Of a stretch of DNA of 64,000 nucleotides, positions 12,001 to 19,286 are shown piece after piece. How positions within the stretch are numbered: the first letter of the stretch is position 1; each line of letters begins with the position of its first letter. The notes beneath the pieces were generated by a model, which searched no databases, was not told the DNA's origin, and was given only the letters and a program-made list of their open reading frames with translations. The translations under genes and the position numbers were made by a program. The DNA comes from a virus. The stretch lies in IMG/VR virus record IMGVR_UViG_3300033182_000769, positions 32,001-96,000 of that record; one strand, written 5' to 3'.

Positions 12001-13709
12001 CCACGTTTTATAAGAACACACTCACCAATCGTTGAAGTTGAATCTTCAACTTCTTTTAGATTGATGGTTCTTTTATTGTTATGAGTTATGAAATTTACTT
12101 CGTAAATTTTATTATTTGCCAGACTATCTGTATCTGCAATAATAAGAATTCTTGCTCCTTGGAACAAATATTCGCCGTCTACATTATAACTCTTACTACC
12201 TTCAATTTTAGAAAAAGCATCTTTTGTATAGGTGTCTACGTAATCTACAGGGGCCTTTGCTACAGATCCATGATTAAACATCTGTATGTTAGGTAAGAAT
12301 TCAATAATAGGTCTTTTTGCTCTTGCTTCTTCTGAACCTTCAAACGTTAGGCCTCTCTCGGTATAGGCTGTGTTAATAGTTGACTTATGGAACCAACGAT
12401 TGTATCGTGCCCATGGATTAGTATCTTTACTGTGTCTGGAAACAGTGATATAATCTTTGCTGTACGGAAACGCAGTAGCATCGTCAAACGGCTGTGTGTC
12501 AAATCCGTCGTTATCATATAAAATCTCAGGAGTTTCTTCTGACAACACTGGCGGTGTTAATTCATCTAAATTAATTAGTGCGATTTCGTTGCCGACACCT
12601 TCTACTAACCATTTTGATGATGCATATTTTTGAGGGCTCACTCCTCCCATAAATTCTACAACTAAACCATTTGTAAACTCTATACCATTACTTGATGTGT
12701 AGTTTTGTTTTCCGATAACTTCTTTTTCAACATCGATAAACGTGTTTTCTTCAATATCAGCAATTATAAACTTACCAAGCCTTGTTGGGTCGGCAGCACT
12801 TTGATAATATAAAATATCAGGAGCGTCTAATGGAACTTCAAAAGTAATTGTTCCTTTCTTTGCTCCGTTATTAGTAATTCCTTTAATAAAATCTAATGCA
12901 GAAGTATCTCTGGCATTAGTATCTACTAACTCCCAATCTTGGCTATTAATATCAATAGTACTGTGGTCAGCAATTTCAATGGTTCTCAATGCTTTCCATA
13001 GTTCCCCGTCAAATACAGCAAGGTCGCCTTCAAAGTAAGCACGGCCTGGATTAAATAACAAAGAACCTGTATCGTAATTTTTTCTAATTACAAACCCTTC
13101 AGTAGAGTTTACTTTAAATTCGTAAGTTTGGCCTCTATATAAAATAAGATCCGGGTTATCAGTATATCCATCTGGTGTAAAGATCCAACTTGAAACTGTT
13201 CCTGCTTTGACTTTATATGTACTTAGAACTTCTTGTGTTTGGCCTTTAACGGAAACCGGAACTGGTCCTAACGGTAGCCAATAGTATTCGCGATAGTTTA
13301 CAAACTTATCCCAGTCAATCGGAGGGCTCCATGAATAGTGTTCTTGGAAATTTAATTTATCGTCTCTGTCGGAATTACTACCAAAGAATTTAAGTTGACT
13401 TTTTAAATCTAAATAATCGCTAAACGATACAATATTATTATTTTCATCTTTAATAACAACACCAGGCTCTAACTGATATGCACTTCTTAATGTGTTATCA
13501 GTATCGAGATACGTGCTTTGTCCATTGTACGTTTTTCCGTAACGACGACCAATATAACCAACAGTGCGTTCAAGCTCTCCGGGTTGTATTAATGGGTCAA
13601 ATGTTCCTGCAAAAAACTTCTCATTTGCAGGTGTCTTAAATACCGTAGGTAAAAAGTCTACTGTTCGTCTAATAGGTAATCCACTTTGTGGAAAAGACTT
13701 ATCTTCCAT
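1..13709 (-). CDS. Giant virion/baseplate wedge protein (gp7 position), >4,569 aa, 3'-truncated by the window edge; has FG-GAP-like and short aromatic carbohydrate-binding-like repeats
   Basis: ATG at 13709-13707 overlaps the gp6 stop (TAATG). It reads MEDKSFPQSGLPIRRTVDFLPTVFKTPANEKFFAGTFDPLIQPGELERTVGYIGRR..., and the same frame is open at the window start (...EYGQCDTLEVFAGGSRLRK). Its absence from the ORF track fits having no stop inside the window. It lies directly downstream of gp6, as T4 gp7 does. Confidence 0.85.
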   Translation of the reverse strand, partial: MEDKSFPQSGLPIRRTVDFLPTVFKTPANEKFFAGTFDPLIQPGELERTVGYIGRRYGKTYNGQSTYLDTDNTLRSAYQLEPGVVIKDENNNIVSFSDYLDLKSQLKFFGSNSDRDDKLNFQEHYSWSPPIDWDKFVNYREYYWLPLGPVPVSVKGQTQEVLSTYKVKAGTVSSWIFTPDGYTDNPDLILYRGQTYEFKVNSTEGFVIRKNYDTGSLLFNPGRAYFEGDLAVFDGELWKALRTIEIADHSTIDINSQDWELVDTNARDTSALDFIKGITNNGAKKGTITFEVPLDAPDILYYQSAADPTRLGKFIIADIEENTFIDVEKEVIGKQNYTSSNGIEFTNGLVVEFMGGVSPQKYASSKWLVEGVGNEIALINLDELTPPVLSEETPEILYDNDGFDTQPFDDATAFPYSKDYITVSRHSKDTNPWARYNRWFHKSTINTAYTERGLTFEGSEEARAKRPIIEFLPNIQMFNHGSVAKAPVDYVDTYTKDAFSKIEGSKSYNVDGEYLFQGARILIIADTDSLANNKIYEVNFITHNNKRTINLKEVEDSTSTIGECVLIKRGNENAGKMYHFDGTHWVKSQEKTKVNQPPLYDVFDNDGVSFSNEETYPSSTFKGSKLVSYKEGNGPNDSELGFPLSYLNINNVGDIEFNWNWDTDTVNWTILQKEYSKKVATGFYKMENEYQNGWIRTSNDFIQPILDSTVLIRETSGATLFSVDWDELDKDPNRKINFYLNGERLHDTYTRVRNTFTFDSTTFVENDVVSVKIIGDVDPEDGYYEFPVGLEKNPLNDSLTSFTLGQATDHIASALEFNDEFVGKLPGNSNLRDLGDYRQHSKRFMKHAGLTPISVNMLCSKTDSVVKAIQYAKQAYVTFKNNFLSRALELEFNENIPDFVDEIMNSMTLAKSIKSPFADMDMIGSGAYNSIDYVVEDEGIKTFALTEKFDLTELSRRAVYVYHNGKQLLHNRDYTFNATFGFITLTIDLAEFDTIQIREYGSTAFCHIPPTPTKLGMYKKYTPMMYADNTYIEPRNMIQGHDGSLVSAYGDYRDDILLELEYRIYNNIKVEYNVEVFDNDEVVGGYYYKGLYDKQDLDDIVSQEFLKWVNNTNINYTINEYFDSENSFTYTYSNMTDPASKVNLPGWWRGVYDWFYDTTRPNLTPWEMLGFSEKPDWWDEEYGKAPYTKGNLVLWQDLEDGIVRHGHRAGTYDRYKRPGLTSYIPVDYDGNVVSPLDSGMVTNFTLINNQGSFKLGDISPAEYAWRTSSEFPYAITTAMALLRPFDFITSNLNRATTTRNLAGQLVDIETNMFQTKDTFDVPKAGETLSSGLINYLTAYLKSNGLNVQEIKDRILNTDVMLSTRLSGFVDKEKQRYLLDSKNPSASNSSIYIPYENYDVIFNVSAPIKSVTYSGLVITKITGGWTINGYDDIQPWFNYYKPVPSQKDPLLSVGGVSEGFTVWTSNKKYNNGIIVQYRQDYYRALETHQTETFETNKWQKLAKLPLRGAIEAFRRRTFDKTQVQRLSYGQKLTNIQDVVDFMLGYEQYLKGEGFVFENYDYENKVAQDFISAAKEFMFWTSHNWANNSIITISPAAQVAQINIEVGVADNLLDSFYQYNILRGDGQPLDPKLIDVKRDFKKVTISTTNTTEGLYFIKFYYVLKEHVAVFDHKSVFNDVIYNKETGYRQDRIKTQGYRTSDWDGDYTSPGFIFDNVNIASWSPYTDYRLGDIVSHKSKYWTSRFNHTGTENFSERNWTLLDSDPQRQLLPNFDFKINEFEDFYDVSTDGISQSQRDLARHTIGYQQRNYLENLAEDPVTQFQLYQGFIREKGTPNSVSKVFDKLSVRSAGGAVALHEEWAFRVGQLGGVDQHQEIEVEIYKENFELNPQPVQIVKDASGNYFDKIYRVPESNFTIKQIPFTTDIIPTSSEVEENLTAGYVKLSQVDWAVARRDDILDININSVYDNDHIWVTFEEGYEWTVLRVRLAEDLLVSHAALNDDKISVTLQMNKPHSITAGEIIGIKSVTNINGFFKVLSTPVVDGKFSIVIAVEKGTLEPEIEDSSYTTLYRLDTARFASYDDVPEEASAILKNGSKLFIDNNGNGLWEVVKKQKQYEPTNITDFGITDPKQVGYKVLYNSTTTNTLVSMPGSGFVMSYIDIRGGLEMKQIIAPPSGYTSKMLGSFGLSMALSPDNKWLAVGAPKASDMRTYFQGPFDPELYYAEGDIVYYDGKLWKAQRDITGDGSSINVYSEDWAVATVIESYETATKSGYTQQGVVMLYEYAEEQWNHRYNIVSPRPTNNEFFGSDITLSKTSTGYTMAVSAIGAVENTGRVYLFDYNTAIKWHFKENKNYKGIYNPGAYFTGTFATMPDGTPSVTVEELGTDSTIDSIELGMILSGPGVTDGTTIISQYSGATKGNGVYILNQEVPPITTEVMAVSFYPKGSVVYWEEQTYYAAKDLYSNDYDNLISAAPVDWVPMDPVATQNSLPHSLSIHDDGSTLMSGVLDDNQLSELLKYGDEFGTRVKMNYDGSVLLVSAPKADGQHFPNFRGVWRPDLEYKEGDVVAYDTTYQRLSEGVATSYNQEPGGMPWEEIGDSTRVEAGKVFVYRRNDFGFYALEQTITTDSLDDISDVEGESINSGDRFGHSLDIDFSGTTFIVSSPKADINYQNQGSAYIFKYESDSSFMQFRLKQKIESYEQFPSEYFGQSVSISPTSGRIVIGANNTPYTSITRFDGFNTSFDEERTSFISEAGFAGSVYVFELRGNKYFLTEKLEDNLSLNESFGWSVDCSDSVIAVGSPTYRDRDDENVLEYGSETGTVRTFKKSLTVNSWATMESKKPLVWIDKIKSIELYDNVDNIKIQDIEIIDPVKMRILRAADQEIRFQTPYDPATYTVGTDDVNVDADTAWTTKNVGQLWWDLSTVKWLHYEQGDLSYRLGNWNTQAEGSVIDVYEWVESPLLPSEWYGLADITEGLAEGISGTPKNIDNIVYSVKETYNPQTGAVIGRMYYYWVKNTVVVPQDVVGRRISAAQVANAINDPAGQGYVFAVLADSDKIFTYNINSIMQNDTALLNIQLYKNIESENNIHNEYQLLTEGIAESRPTGKLEEKWIDSLAGYDKEGNTVPDPYLPAKQKYGLAFRPRQSMFVNRLPLLEMLVDKVNVILMEQPFANTISFDNLNQVEQAPDPLLRNYDTVVPSYIDLQTVGTTRVRQAILRVNIIDGAVTSIDIINPGYGYKVAPQIEWEGDGSGASAELTIDNQGRINSVTVITSGKKYSVARAKVRPFSVLVEADENSNGFWGIYAWDSARQTFYRTRSQAYDTTRYWQFKDWWKAGYNNSSRITKELMFVSDEAKIKTKVGDLIKIKEYGAGGWAVFEKIAESPTTPFDNYSLVGRYQGTIEILPAIYDSSLSGIGYDNAKSFDTGLYDIENSKELRFLLAALKEDVFLHEYEIKWNELFFTSIRYALAEQTYIDWVFKTSFLNATHTVGCFCRRTNYKSDGLDYFRQYIEEVKPYRTSIRKYTSKYEDVADIPTAFSDFDLPPAYLESVGAVIPVTQKNDEINNYPWKFWLDNKGYEITNIQLSSSGAEYSSVPRVLIEGDGTGAEAIAYVTNSKVGGIKVTKPGKGYTYATITLVGGNPNGAEVATAVAILGNSTARTFNLGVKFDRINKEGTYREFNFNETFIATGQTAIFKLTYPPSRDKSKIVITNNGQVVLSSEYTINLYSLSTNTGYSMLEGNLKFNIAPVKGDVIEIFYEKNDQILDSVNRIDKYYNPSSGMKGKELGQLMTGIDFGGVQVQGTTFEVTGGWDALPWFTDGWDSVDAASDYYVICDGSTTFVTLPYIPLDGKIITIYLKKYRRTSPPSINDLQWDEGIDDTPILRIDDPAYSDNWDSTSTTNPHAQMPTFIGDGSTAVIEIGQYVQTDPGDILIFRPEESDGSVTITDPNLIDARVSGGTLSTMSGAYSTATGKTSEEIVVDGDKFISPDQIQSPEENVPGQVLDSVSIKVFHSSIYGTAALKSKTILSDGSTREYEVGQNILESKSVMVYVNKVQQVLNTDYDVDLNTNRIVLVNAPLEGEVIEILSVNIGGIEILDYQKFEADGDTSLFQTNAPYDKTSSVFVTVNGVSVDAGFINSTDVTDAVDKTLVQFAENPPNLAAIKIVCLGAALDVDSSQQSIVRVGQQVTQYEGSTRSVDIDTFVDLSRGSALSSIIAEVNGRALQGPDTIFEVYDGTNRKFTLGNDPYEAPGAILPENIKVFVNNERLTFIQDYVYDGTTKELTIEETAVTVGDSIKIENNFRAEFELFGNNILIHDNVNMNLGDEISIIWFGEYPSMDMISDETTGGKVFYQLARTPLDVSYVWVYKNGERLTQDIDYSVDRGKNVVYLLVDSVDTDLIKTVVFGSKIYRLPSAFEIQKDMLNVYHYKRYSAADVELAKDLLYYDLTIEVNDATELDDPVPSKNQPGVVIINNEKIEYMQKTGNILSQLRRGAFGTAIKDISKVGTLVTNGGVSETLPYKETQERYDFYSDGSSTLIGPLGFVPTKSNISNWHRDTIPAEYGQCDTLEVFAGGSRLRK

Positions 13710-16700
13710 TATGATCTACTCACTACTGAATTTGTACTTTGGTTAATTTCAGATGCTGTAATTGATTGAACAATTTCAATATCGTCTACAGTTGCTCCGC
13801 TAATAAAAATTTCATCTGGTCTGCTTTGTATTTCAAATAAACTACCAAATACTTGGCTTGCCTGGCGAGGTACAATTACTAAGTTTGTAACGTCAGGAGC
13901 AATTTTGTTTAAGATATAAGTTGATAACTCACTTAAATAAAACCTATCGCCAAAGTCCCAGTTATTAATGTTAAAGAAGGTATTAATGGCGGTAATTATT
14001 CTTACCTTTAAATCGTTATCATTAATAACCCTTCCTGGATTTTTAACTACTTTAAACTGGGCTTGGAGTTTTTGTTCTGCAGTTTGTCCAAATAGCACTT
14101 TGTAATTAACTGGGTGATATACAATTTCATCACTAATTGATTTAATACCATTTAATTTTCCACCAAACGAGACACGTAAACTATCAGTTGTAGGTGCTTC
14201 TGGCTTTGATGTTGCACCAATTAGATACCTTCTATACGCAGTATCGTACGATCTTGTTAACAAGAATATATCGATGATATTACTTACGCTTGGGTCAATG
14301 CGTCTATCTTCACTGGCGTTATGAATGTACTGGAATTTTAATCCAGAACGACCAAGATTGGCCTTGTACTTACTTTCTAAAATTAGTGTGTTTGTAGTTT
14401 TGTCGACACGCTTAACACGATTTTCGTTACTATCGTAAAAATAAATTAAATCGCCGTCATTATAACTATTAACATTAATTTGCGACTCTCTTTGTTGCAC
14501 GTCAATTGGAGTGGACTCAGTATCAACTAATGTATAAATTGTTGATCCATAATTATCTGTTTCTTCATAAAAGAACAAATAACTCAAATCAAGATCTTCG
14601 CCTACAATATCCTCAAATGCTTCAGGGTTATCAATTACGCCGTCTCTGTCAGTATCAGAGAATGCAATCTTAACTTGCTCATTACTTTCATAGCCATCAT
14701 CAAATTTAATAGTATCGTCTATTTCAAAACTAATATCCCTTACTAACGGGGTGATCATGTCTTTAGTGGTGTTAATTCCTAAAACTCGTACATGGTCTTT
14801 GATAACTGTTCCGGTAGTGGGGTTATAAGCTCTGTCGTTCCTGTCAAAATAGAACCTATTCTGTTCTACGCTTCCGAATACATAATCCATAGTACGGATT
14901 CTAACAACATATTCGTTGGCTTGTTTAACGAATGACATCATCCATGACGAATCTAAATTTTCGTTTGACGTATCTCCCGACTTACCTAAACTAAACGCCG
15001 CCGTAAGATTTAAATTAGACGCTTGGATTATCTTCCATGAAGCAGATTCTCTATCATACCTTAAACCAAAGTTTTGGGATAGGTAGGCATAGTTTGCAAT
15101 TTCTGCCTCTAAAGAACTTGGTATATCATTTACAAACTTAGCAACAATTCTTGAAGCAATTGCACCAGTAGGTATGTGATCGCTAAACTTAATAGCACCT
15201 TGTCCAGAAGATATTACTCCTCTTCCGGCGTTTGTTCCGTCGCCCGAAACGTTTACTACCTTTGTCCATAGATACAATGTTTGATTTGGATCTAATGGAT
15301 TAGCATCAACAATAGTACCTTTCTTAAAGGCCTTACCAGAAGGTGCCACAAATTTAACATTGGCTCCTTCTGCTACAAATCTTAAGTTGTTTGTTGCATA
15401 CGCACCTACTTTAAGTAGGCTACCATCAACAACGTTTTCAAAGTATCCTGTGCTTTCATTAACATTTTTAGTAATCTGTGTCCATACTGTATTTTGATCA
15501 GTGAATAAAATCTTATTAAACTTTGTTAGATAAAAATTATAAAAATCTGTATCTGTAAACACAGGTTCTAAAAATTTCTTAACAAAAGAAATAACTTCTG
15601 TTCGGGTTGTAAATTTAAATGTTAAACTACGTTCATTCTCTTCTTTATAGATGTAGCCGTCGTCAGCAAAAACATTTACTGCACTATATTTTCCAGTAGC
15701 ATCAATAATATCTAAATTTCTTGAAATACCACTTGAAGTTCTGTTAATAGATTTTACCTTTAAAATATCTTGAGAACTTGAAAGAGGTGCTAAGTTATAA
15801 TCCTCAGCAGTAATCATTCTATTTTGTGTATAATATTGTGCAGGAGCATTGCGTTTAATGCTATCCATTGATTCAGTTGCAGTTGCATTAGAAACAGTAG
15901 CCTGTAATCCTAACCCAATAGTTAACGTGTGCTCAACGCCATTCTTATTAAGATATTTAACGCTGATATTAATACCTTTCATTTCTGAAGGTGAAATGGC
16001 GTAAGTTAAACCGTTACTAACACGGTAATAAGTTCTAAATGGGCCTTGAGGTAAGTTTCCATACACGCCGTCTGCAAAGACTAATTCTACACGATCGTCT
16101 TCTTTTGTTTGAACTGCATAGAAATTACGTATGCTGTTTTCTAAACTGTTATAGGCAATGTTATTTCCTGTTAAACTTGAAACTTTTGTCCATTGGTTAG
16201 TTTGCGCACCTGTAGATGATAGTTTAAACAACCAAAGATCGTCGTCGTTAATATTTGTGCTATCAATAGCAATTTTCTCGTTTGACGATGGAACTGATAT
16301 TGAAAAATCTGCAAGTTCTAACGAACCTTGTTTAAACATCATAAAGAAACCAGTATTTGCACTACCTGGTCCTTTGCCGTCTTGTCTATAAACAAACCCA
16401 AACTGATTGCCAGGAGTAGGTGCTTCTTCGTAAATTTCTTCACTATCTTTAAACGTTGTTGAAACAATCTCAAACGTCATACCTTTACCTGCAACTGTTT
16501 TGCTAAAAGTAAAAATAGGAACATCAGTAGTATTTGTTCTGATACGATACTGTTCTGTTGGAATAGATTGAATAGTAGCAGAACCTTGACTACGGCCAAA
16601 TTCAGTGTTATCCGACATTGCAGAATTTAAAATTGTAATAAACTGATCTGCCCAGTTAGGATTTGTTGGATCGTTCCACGAAACAACTTGATTTGCTAAA

Positions 16701-17107
16701 TTTCTACCGTTGTTATCAAGAATTCCTTCAGTGGTTGAAACTGAGGTAAATTTTAATAATCCTTTTGCTGCTTTATTACGCTTTGGGTTATACGAAAGCA
16801 TACGAGCAATACGTAAAACGCTTTCTTTACGCTCTGCTAATTCTAAGAAATTATCACGACTTGCTAAATCAACACGGAATGCTAACGACTGGCCTAAGAA
16901 TGCAATTGCATCAATGAGCGCCATATATTCAGAACTTTCAATGTAATCGTTAAAATCTTCAGGATAATTTTCCCTTAGATATGTAATAATTACACGACGG
17001 AGGTTCTCAAAATCATAAGATTTAAAATCAGCATTACGAAAAGTCTGATATATGCGAGTCCAGTCTTGATTTAAAATTAAGTTATTTTGTCTTGCAGTAA
17101 CGCTCAT
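13709..17107 (-). CDS. gp6: Baseplate wedge subunit, gp6-like (1132 aa)
   Basis: gp6/baseplate-J motifs: DFKSYDFENLR, FLELAERKESVLRIARMLSYNPKR, ELVFADGVYGNLP, ESMDSIKRNAPAQYYTQNRMITAEDY. Adjacent to gp25. Confidence 0.88.
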   Translation of the reverse strand: MSVTARQNNLILNQDWTRIYQTFRNADFKSYDFENLRRVIITYLRENYPEDFNDYIESSEYMALIDAIAFLGQSLAFRVDLASRDNFLELAERKESVLRIARMLSYNPKRNKAAKGLLKFTSVSTTEGILDNNGRNLANQVVSWNDPTNPNWADQFITILNSAMSDNTEFGRSQGSATIQSIPTEQYRIRTNTTDVPIFTFSKTVAGKGMTFEIVSTTFKDSEEIYEEAPTPGNQFGFVYRQDGKGPGSANTGFFMMFKQGSLELADFSISVPSSNEKIAIDSTNINDDDLWLFKLSSTGAQTNQWTKVSSLTGNNIAYNSLENSIRNFYAVQTKEDDRVELVFADGVYGNLPQGPFRTYYRVSNGLTYAISPSEMKGINISVKYLNKNGVEHTLTIGLGLQATVSNATATESMDSIKRNAPAQYYTQNRMITAEDYNLAPLSSSQDILKVKSINRTSSGISRNLDIIDATGKYSAVNVFADDGYIYKEENERSLTFKFTTRTEVISFVKKFLEPVFTDTDFYNFYLTKFNKILFTDQNTVWTQITKNVNESTGYFENVVDGSLLKVGAYATNNLRFVAEGANVKFVAPSGKAFKKGTIVDANPLDPNQTLYLWTKVVNVSGDGTNAGRGVISSGQGAIKFSDHIPTGAIASRIVAKFVNDIPSSLEAEIANYAYLSQNFGLRYDRESASWKIIQASNLNLTAAFSLGKSGDTSNENLDSSWMMSFVKQANEYVVRIRTMDYVFGSVEQNRFYFDRNDRAYNPTTGTVIKDHVRVLGINTTKDMITPLVRDISFEIDDTIKFDDGYESNEQVKIAFSDTDRDGVIDNPEAFEDIVGEDLDLSYLFFYEETDNYGSTIYTLVDTESTPIDVQQRESQINVNSYNDGDLIYFYDSNENRVKRVDKTTNTLILESKYKANLGRSGLKFQYIHNASEDRRIDPSVSNIIDIFLLTRSYDTAYRRYLIGATSKPEAPTTDSLRVSFGGKLNGIKSISDEIVYHPVNYKVLFGQTAEQKLQAQFKVVKNPGRVINDNDLKVRIITAINTFFNINNWDFGDRFYLSELSTYILNKIAPDVTNLVIVPRQASQVFGSLFEIQSRPDEIFISGATVDDIEIVQSITASEINQSTNSVVSRS

Positions 17108-17125
17108 GGTTTATTCCCTATACCG

Positions 17126-17133
17126 TATTTACC
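17126..17133 (-). promoter_or_regulatory. T4-like late promoter (GGTAAATA) for gp6 and the giant wedge gene
   Basis: TAAATA core on the minus strand ~19 nt upstream of the gp6 ATG. The same core recurs in most intergenic regions. Confidence 0.55.
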
Positions 17134-17149
17134 TGTATTCATTAACTGG

Positions 17150-17587
17150 TCAGTTTATAGTCGAAGTAGATCTGTCAAAATTAAACTTCATGTTTTCTTT
17201 CATATTAAACGGCAAATATGTAATAATTGCTTCAATTCGTATACCTTGATCTGTACTATCAACAGAAACAGATTCTACATTAATTCGAGGATCGTAATTA
17301 ATAATTTCTTCTACATTCTTGGCAATTTTTTCTTTCACTTCATTAGTAAAAGGTTCAAATAACATATCCCAAATAATGGTTCCAAAACTTGGGTTTTCTA
17401 ACTTCTCTCCCTTTTTTATATAGAAGTGATTTAAAATATCTTGCTTAACTAAATCAATGTCATACTGCTTAAATCCCTTAGTAGCATTCTTTGAATTAAA
17501 TCCTTTATATGTAAAGACATTTGCTCCGTTTGTACCAGCGGATGCTTTTCCTTTTGATAGTGTCCTTGTTTGATACATTTTTGCCAT
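17150..17587 (-). CDS. gp25: Baseplate wedge subunit gp25 (GPW/gp25 family)
   Basis: DIDLVKQDILNHFYIKKGEKLENPSFGTIIWDMLFEP...IINYDPRI is the typical gp25 signature. Confidence 0.9.
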   Translation of the reverse strand: MAKMYQTRTLSKGKASAGTNGANVFTYKGFNSKNATKGFKQYDIDLVKQDILNHFYIKKGEKLENPSFGTIIWDMLFEPFTNEVKEKIAKNVEEIINYDPRINVESVSVDSTDQGIRIEAIITYLPFNMKENMKFNFDRSTSTIN

Positions 17588-19278
17588 TACTCTTCTCCAG
17601 TTAATTCTCTATCTGTGCTCGCTGGGCTCTGTAGTTCAGGAGCAAAGTTCTCGTGTAACGCCCACGGCTCGTGCATCGGAACACGCTTCATTATTGTTTC
17701 TAATGCCTCTTCTTTAATATATTTGGTTTCAGACCATTTTAATGTTCCGTCTGTTTCAACTACTTGGTGTGTAGGTAAATCTTCAACCGGATCTGCTAAA
17801 ATTGCCTTTGTTGCTTCCGGACCGTTCATATGAATTTGTGGAGCAGTTTCAATATGTTTCCCGCCACTATTAATATGTGTCTCTTTACCTGCTGTAAAAG
17901 CATTTTGTCCTGTTGTATTTAAATCTAAATCTTCACCGGTACTAAACCTGGTTGCTCCTGCTACCTTGATATCTAACGATCCATTTGAACTTGCATCAAA
18001 CTCATCTGTATGCGTCCTGGTTTCTATTTTTCCATTAGCACCTATTAAAATATTTGTGTTGAATGCACTTTCTATTTGTATACGGCCGCATTCGTAAAAG
18101 TTTTCTTGTTCTAAAATTTTTCCGTCATTCCATTGAGCAGTTGCTTTCATATTAATGTTGCGTCCTGCTTCAATATTAACATCTCTATCTGCACGGAAAT
18201 TAAAATCTGTTTTTGTATGTACGCTTACGCTATCTTCGGCATAAATGTCTATCTTACCATTAGAACTTAATTCAATCCAAGCGGTTCCTCTACTATTTGT
18301 AATGTAAATTAAATCTTCTGAATTATGCATTAAGAACTGATGTCCGGTTCTTGTTCTAATTCTAAAGTACTCGCTGGACGGTATAGTACCATCCCCTTTT
18401 TCGCCATTTAAAATATCAGCATACGCATTTCCTTGGCCTAATTCGCTGGCGTGGGCCTTACGTTGATATTGATCGTTGCCATCGTCCATAACAATAGTTG
18501 TACCACCAAGACGACTAACGTGTACTGGTTCTGTGGTTTGGTTTTGAATTGTTCCAATCTTTGCTTTTTTTGCTCCAAGTCTTTTGTCTAACGGTCCTGG
18601 TGTACTGATACCAAAAACAGAGCTTGGAACTTCTCTCCTTGCTGTAGACGAATGTACACCCCTTACATCGTCTTGTAACAGACCCTGAACCATTAATCTA
18701 TCAGCAAACGGATGTACTGCTTTTTTTACTCTATCTAATAAATGTGTTTGCCGGTCTTTATTCAACAGACGATTAACTTCAGCAACAGGAAGCGGCAACG
18801 TGCTGCCACTTGGATCTTTCATAGAACCGTATTTGTCTTTGTCTTCTGGGGTCATTTCATAATTAGGAGATGCAGCAATACCAGGAACCATATGATTAGC
18901 AAATCTTGGAGGCACGCATCCTAACCAATACCCTTCTGACGGGTCACCATCTACAAAGAACACTAAAACAGTAACACCAACATCTGGCGGAATCATCCAC
19001 ATACCGTATGATTTTTGAGTGTCGTTGAAATCGGTAGCATTACTGCCCATGTGTTCAAATGCAGTATTGCCAAAGAAGGGCGGCGCTGCTCTAACAACAA
19101 ACGATTGATTTTCATCGCCCATTGTATTGCCTTGGTGTCGCAATAATGTTACTTTTACCGCTCCCATAAATGATGGATCTAAATGACTTATAATGCGAGC
19201 AAGGTGAGGTCCTGGTGATAACGAAATTGATGTTTTCGTTTGCTGTATGTTTGATGGTGTTCTTTTATTTTGTGCCAT
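17587..19278 (-). CDS. gp5: Baseplate central spike gp5/VgrG-like (OB-fold plus beta-helix, no recognisable lysozyme domain)
   Basis: OB-fold motif GMWMIPPDVGVTVLVFFVDGDPSEGYWLGC, then RIRTRTGHQFLMHNSEDLIYI...WIELSSNGKIDIYA and beta-helix-like C-terminal repeats. Upstream of gp25. Confidence 0.82.
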   Translation of the reverse strand: MAQNKRTPSNIQQTKTSISLSPGPHLARIISHLDPSFMGAVKVTLLRHQGNTMGDENQSFVVRAAPPFFGNTAFEHMGSNATDFNDTQKSYGMWMIPPDVGVTVLVFFVDGDPSEGYWLGCVPPRFANHMVPGIAASPNYEMTPEDKDKYGSMKDPSGSTLPLPVAEVNRLLNKDRQTHLLDRVKKAVHPFADRLMVQGLLQDDVRGVHSSTARREVPSSVFGISTPGPLDKRLGAKKAKIGTIQNQTTEPVHVSRLGGTTIVMDDGNDQYQRKAHASELGQGNAYADILNGEKGDGTIPSSEYFRIRTRTGHQFLMHNSEDLIYITNSRGTAWIELSSNGKIDIYAEDSVSVHTKTDFNFRADRDVNIEAGRNINMKATAQWNDGKILEQENFYECGRIQIESAFNTNILIGANGKIETRTHTDEFDASSNGSLDIKVAGATRFSTGEDLDLNTTGQNAFTAGKETHINSGGKHIETAPQIHMNGPEATKAILADPVEDLPTHQVVETDGTLKWSETKYIKEEALETIMKRVPMHEPWALHENFAPELQSPASTDRELTGEE

Positions 19279-19286
19279 TGTTTACC

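Noticed and set aside
935-13746. Short ORFs listed by the track, suggesting a gene-poor or pseudogene region or stop-codon recoding
   Set aside because: All overlap the single giant minus-strand frame. Other genes end normally at TAA, TAG or TGA, so there is no sign of an alternative genetic code.
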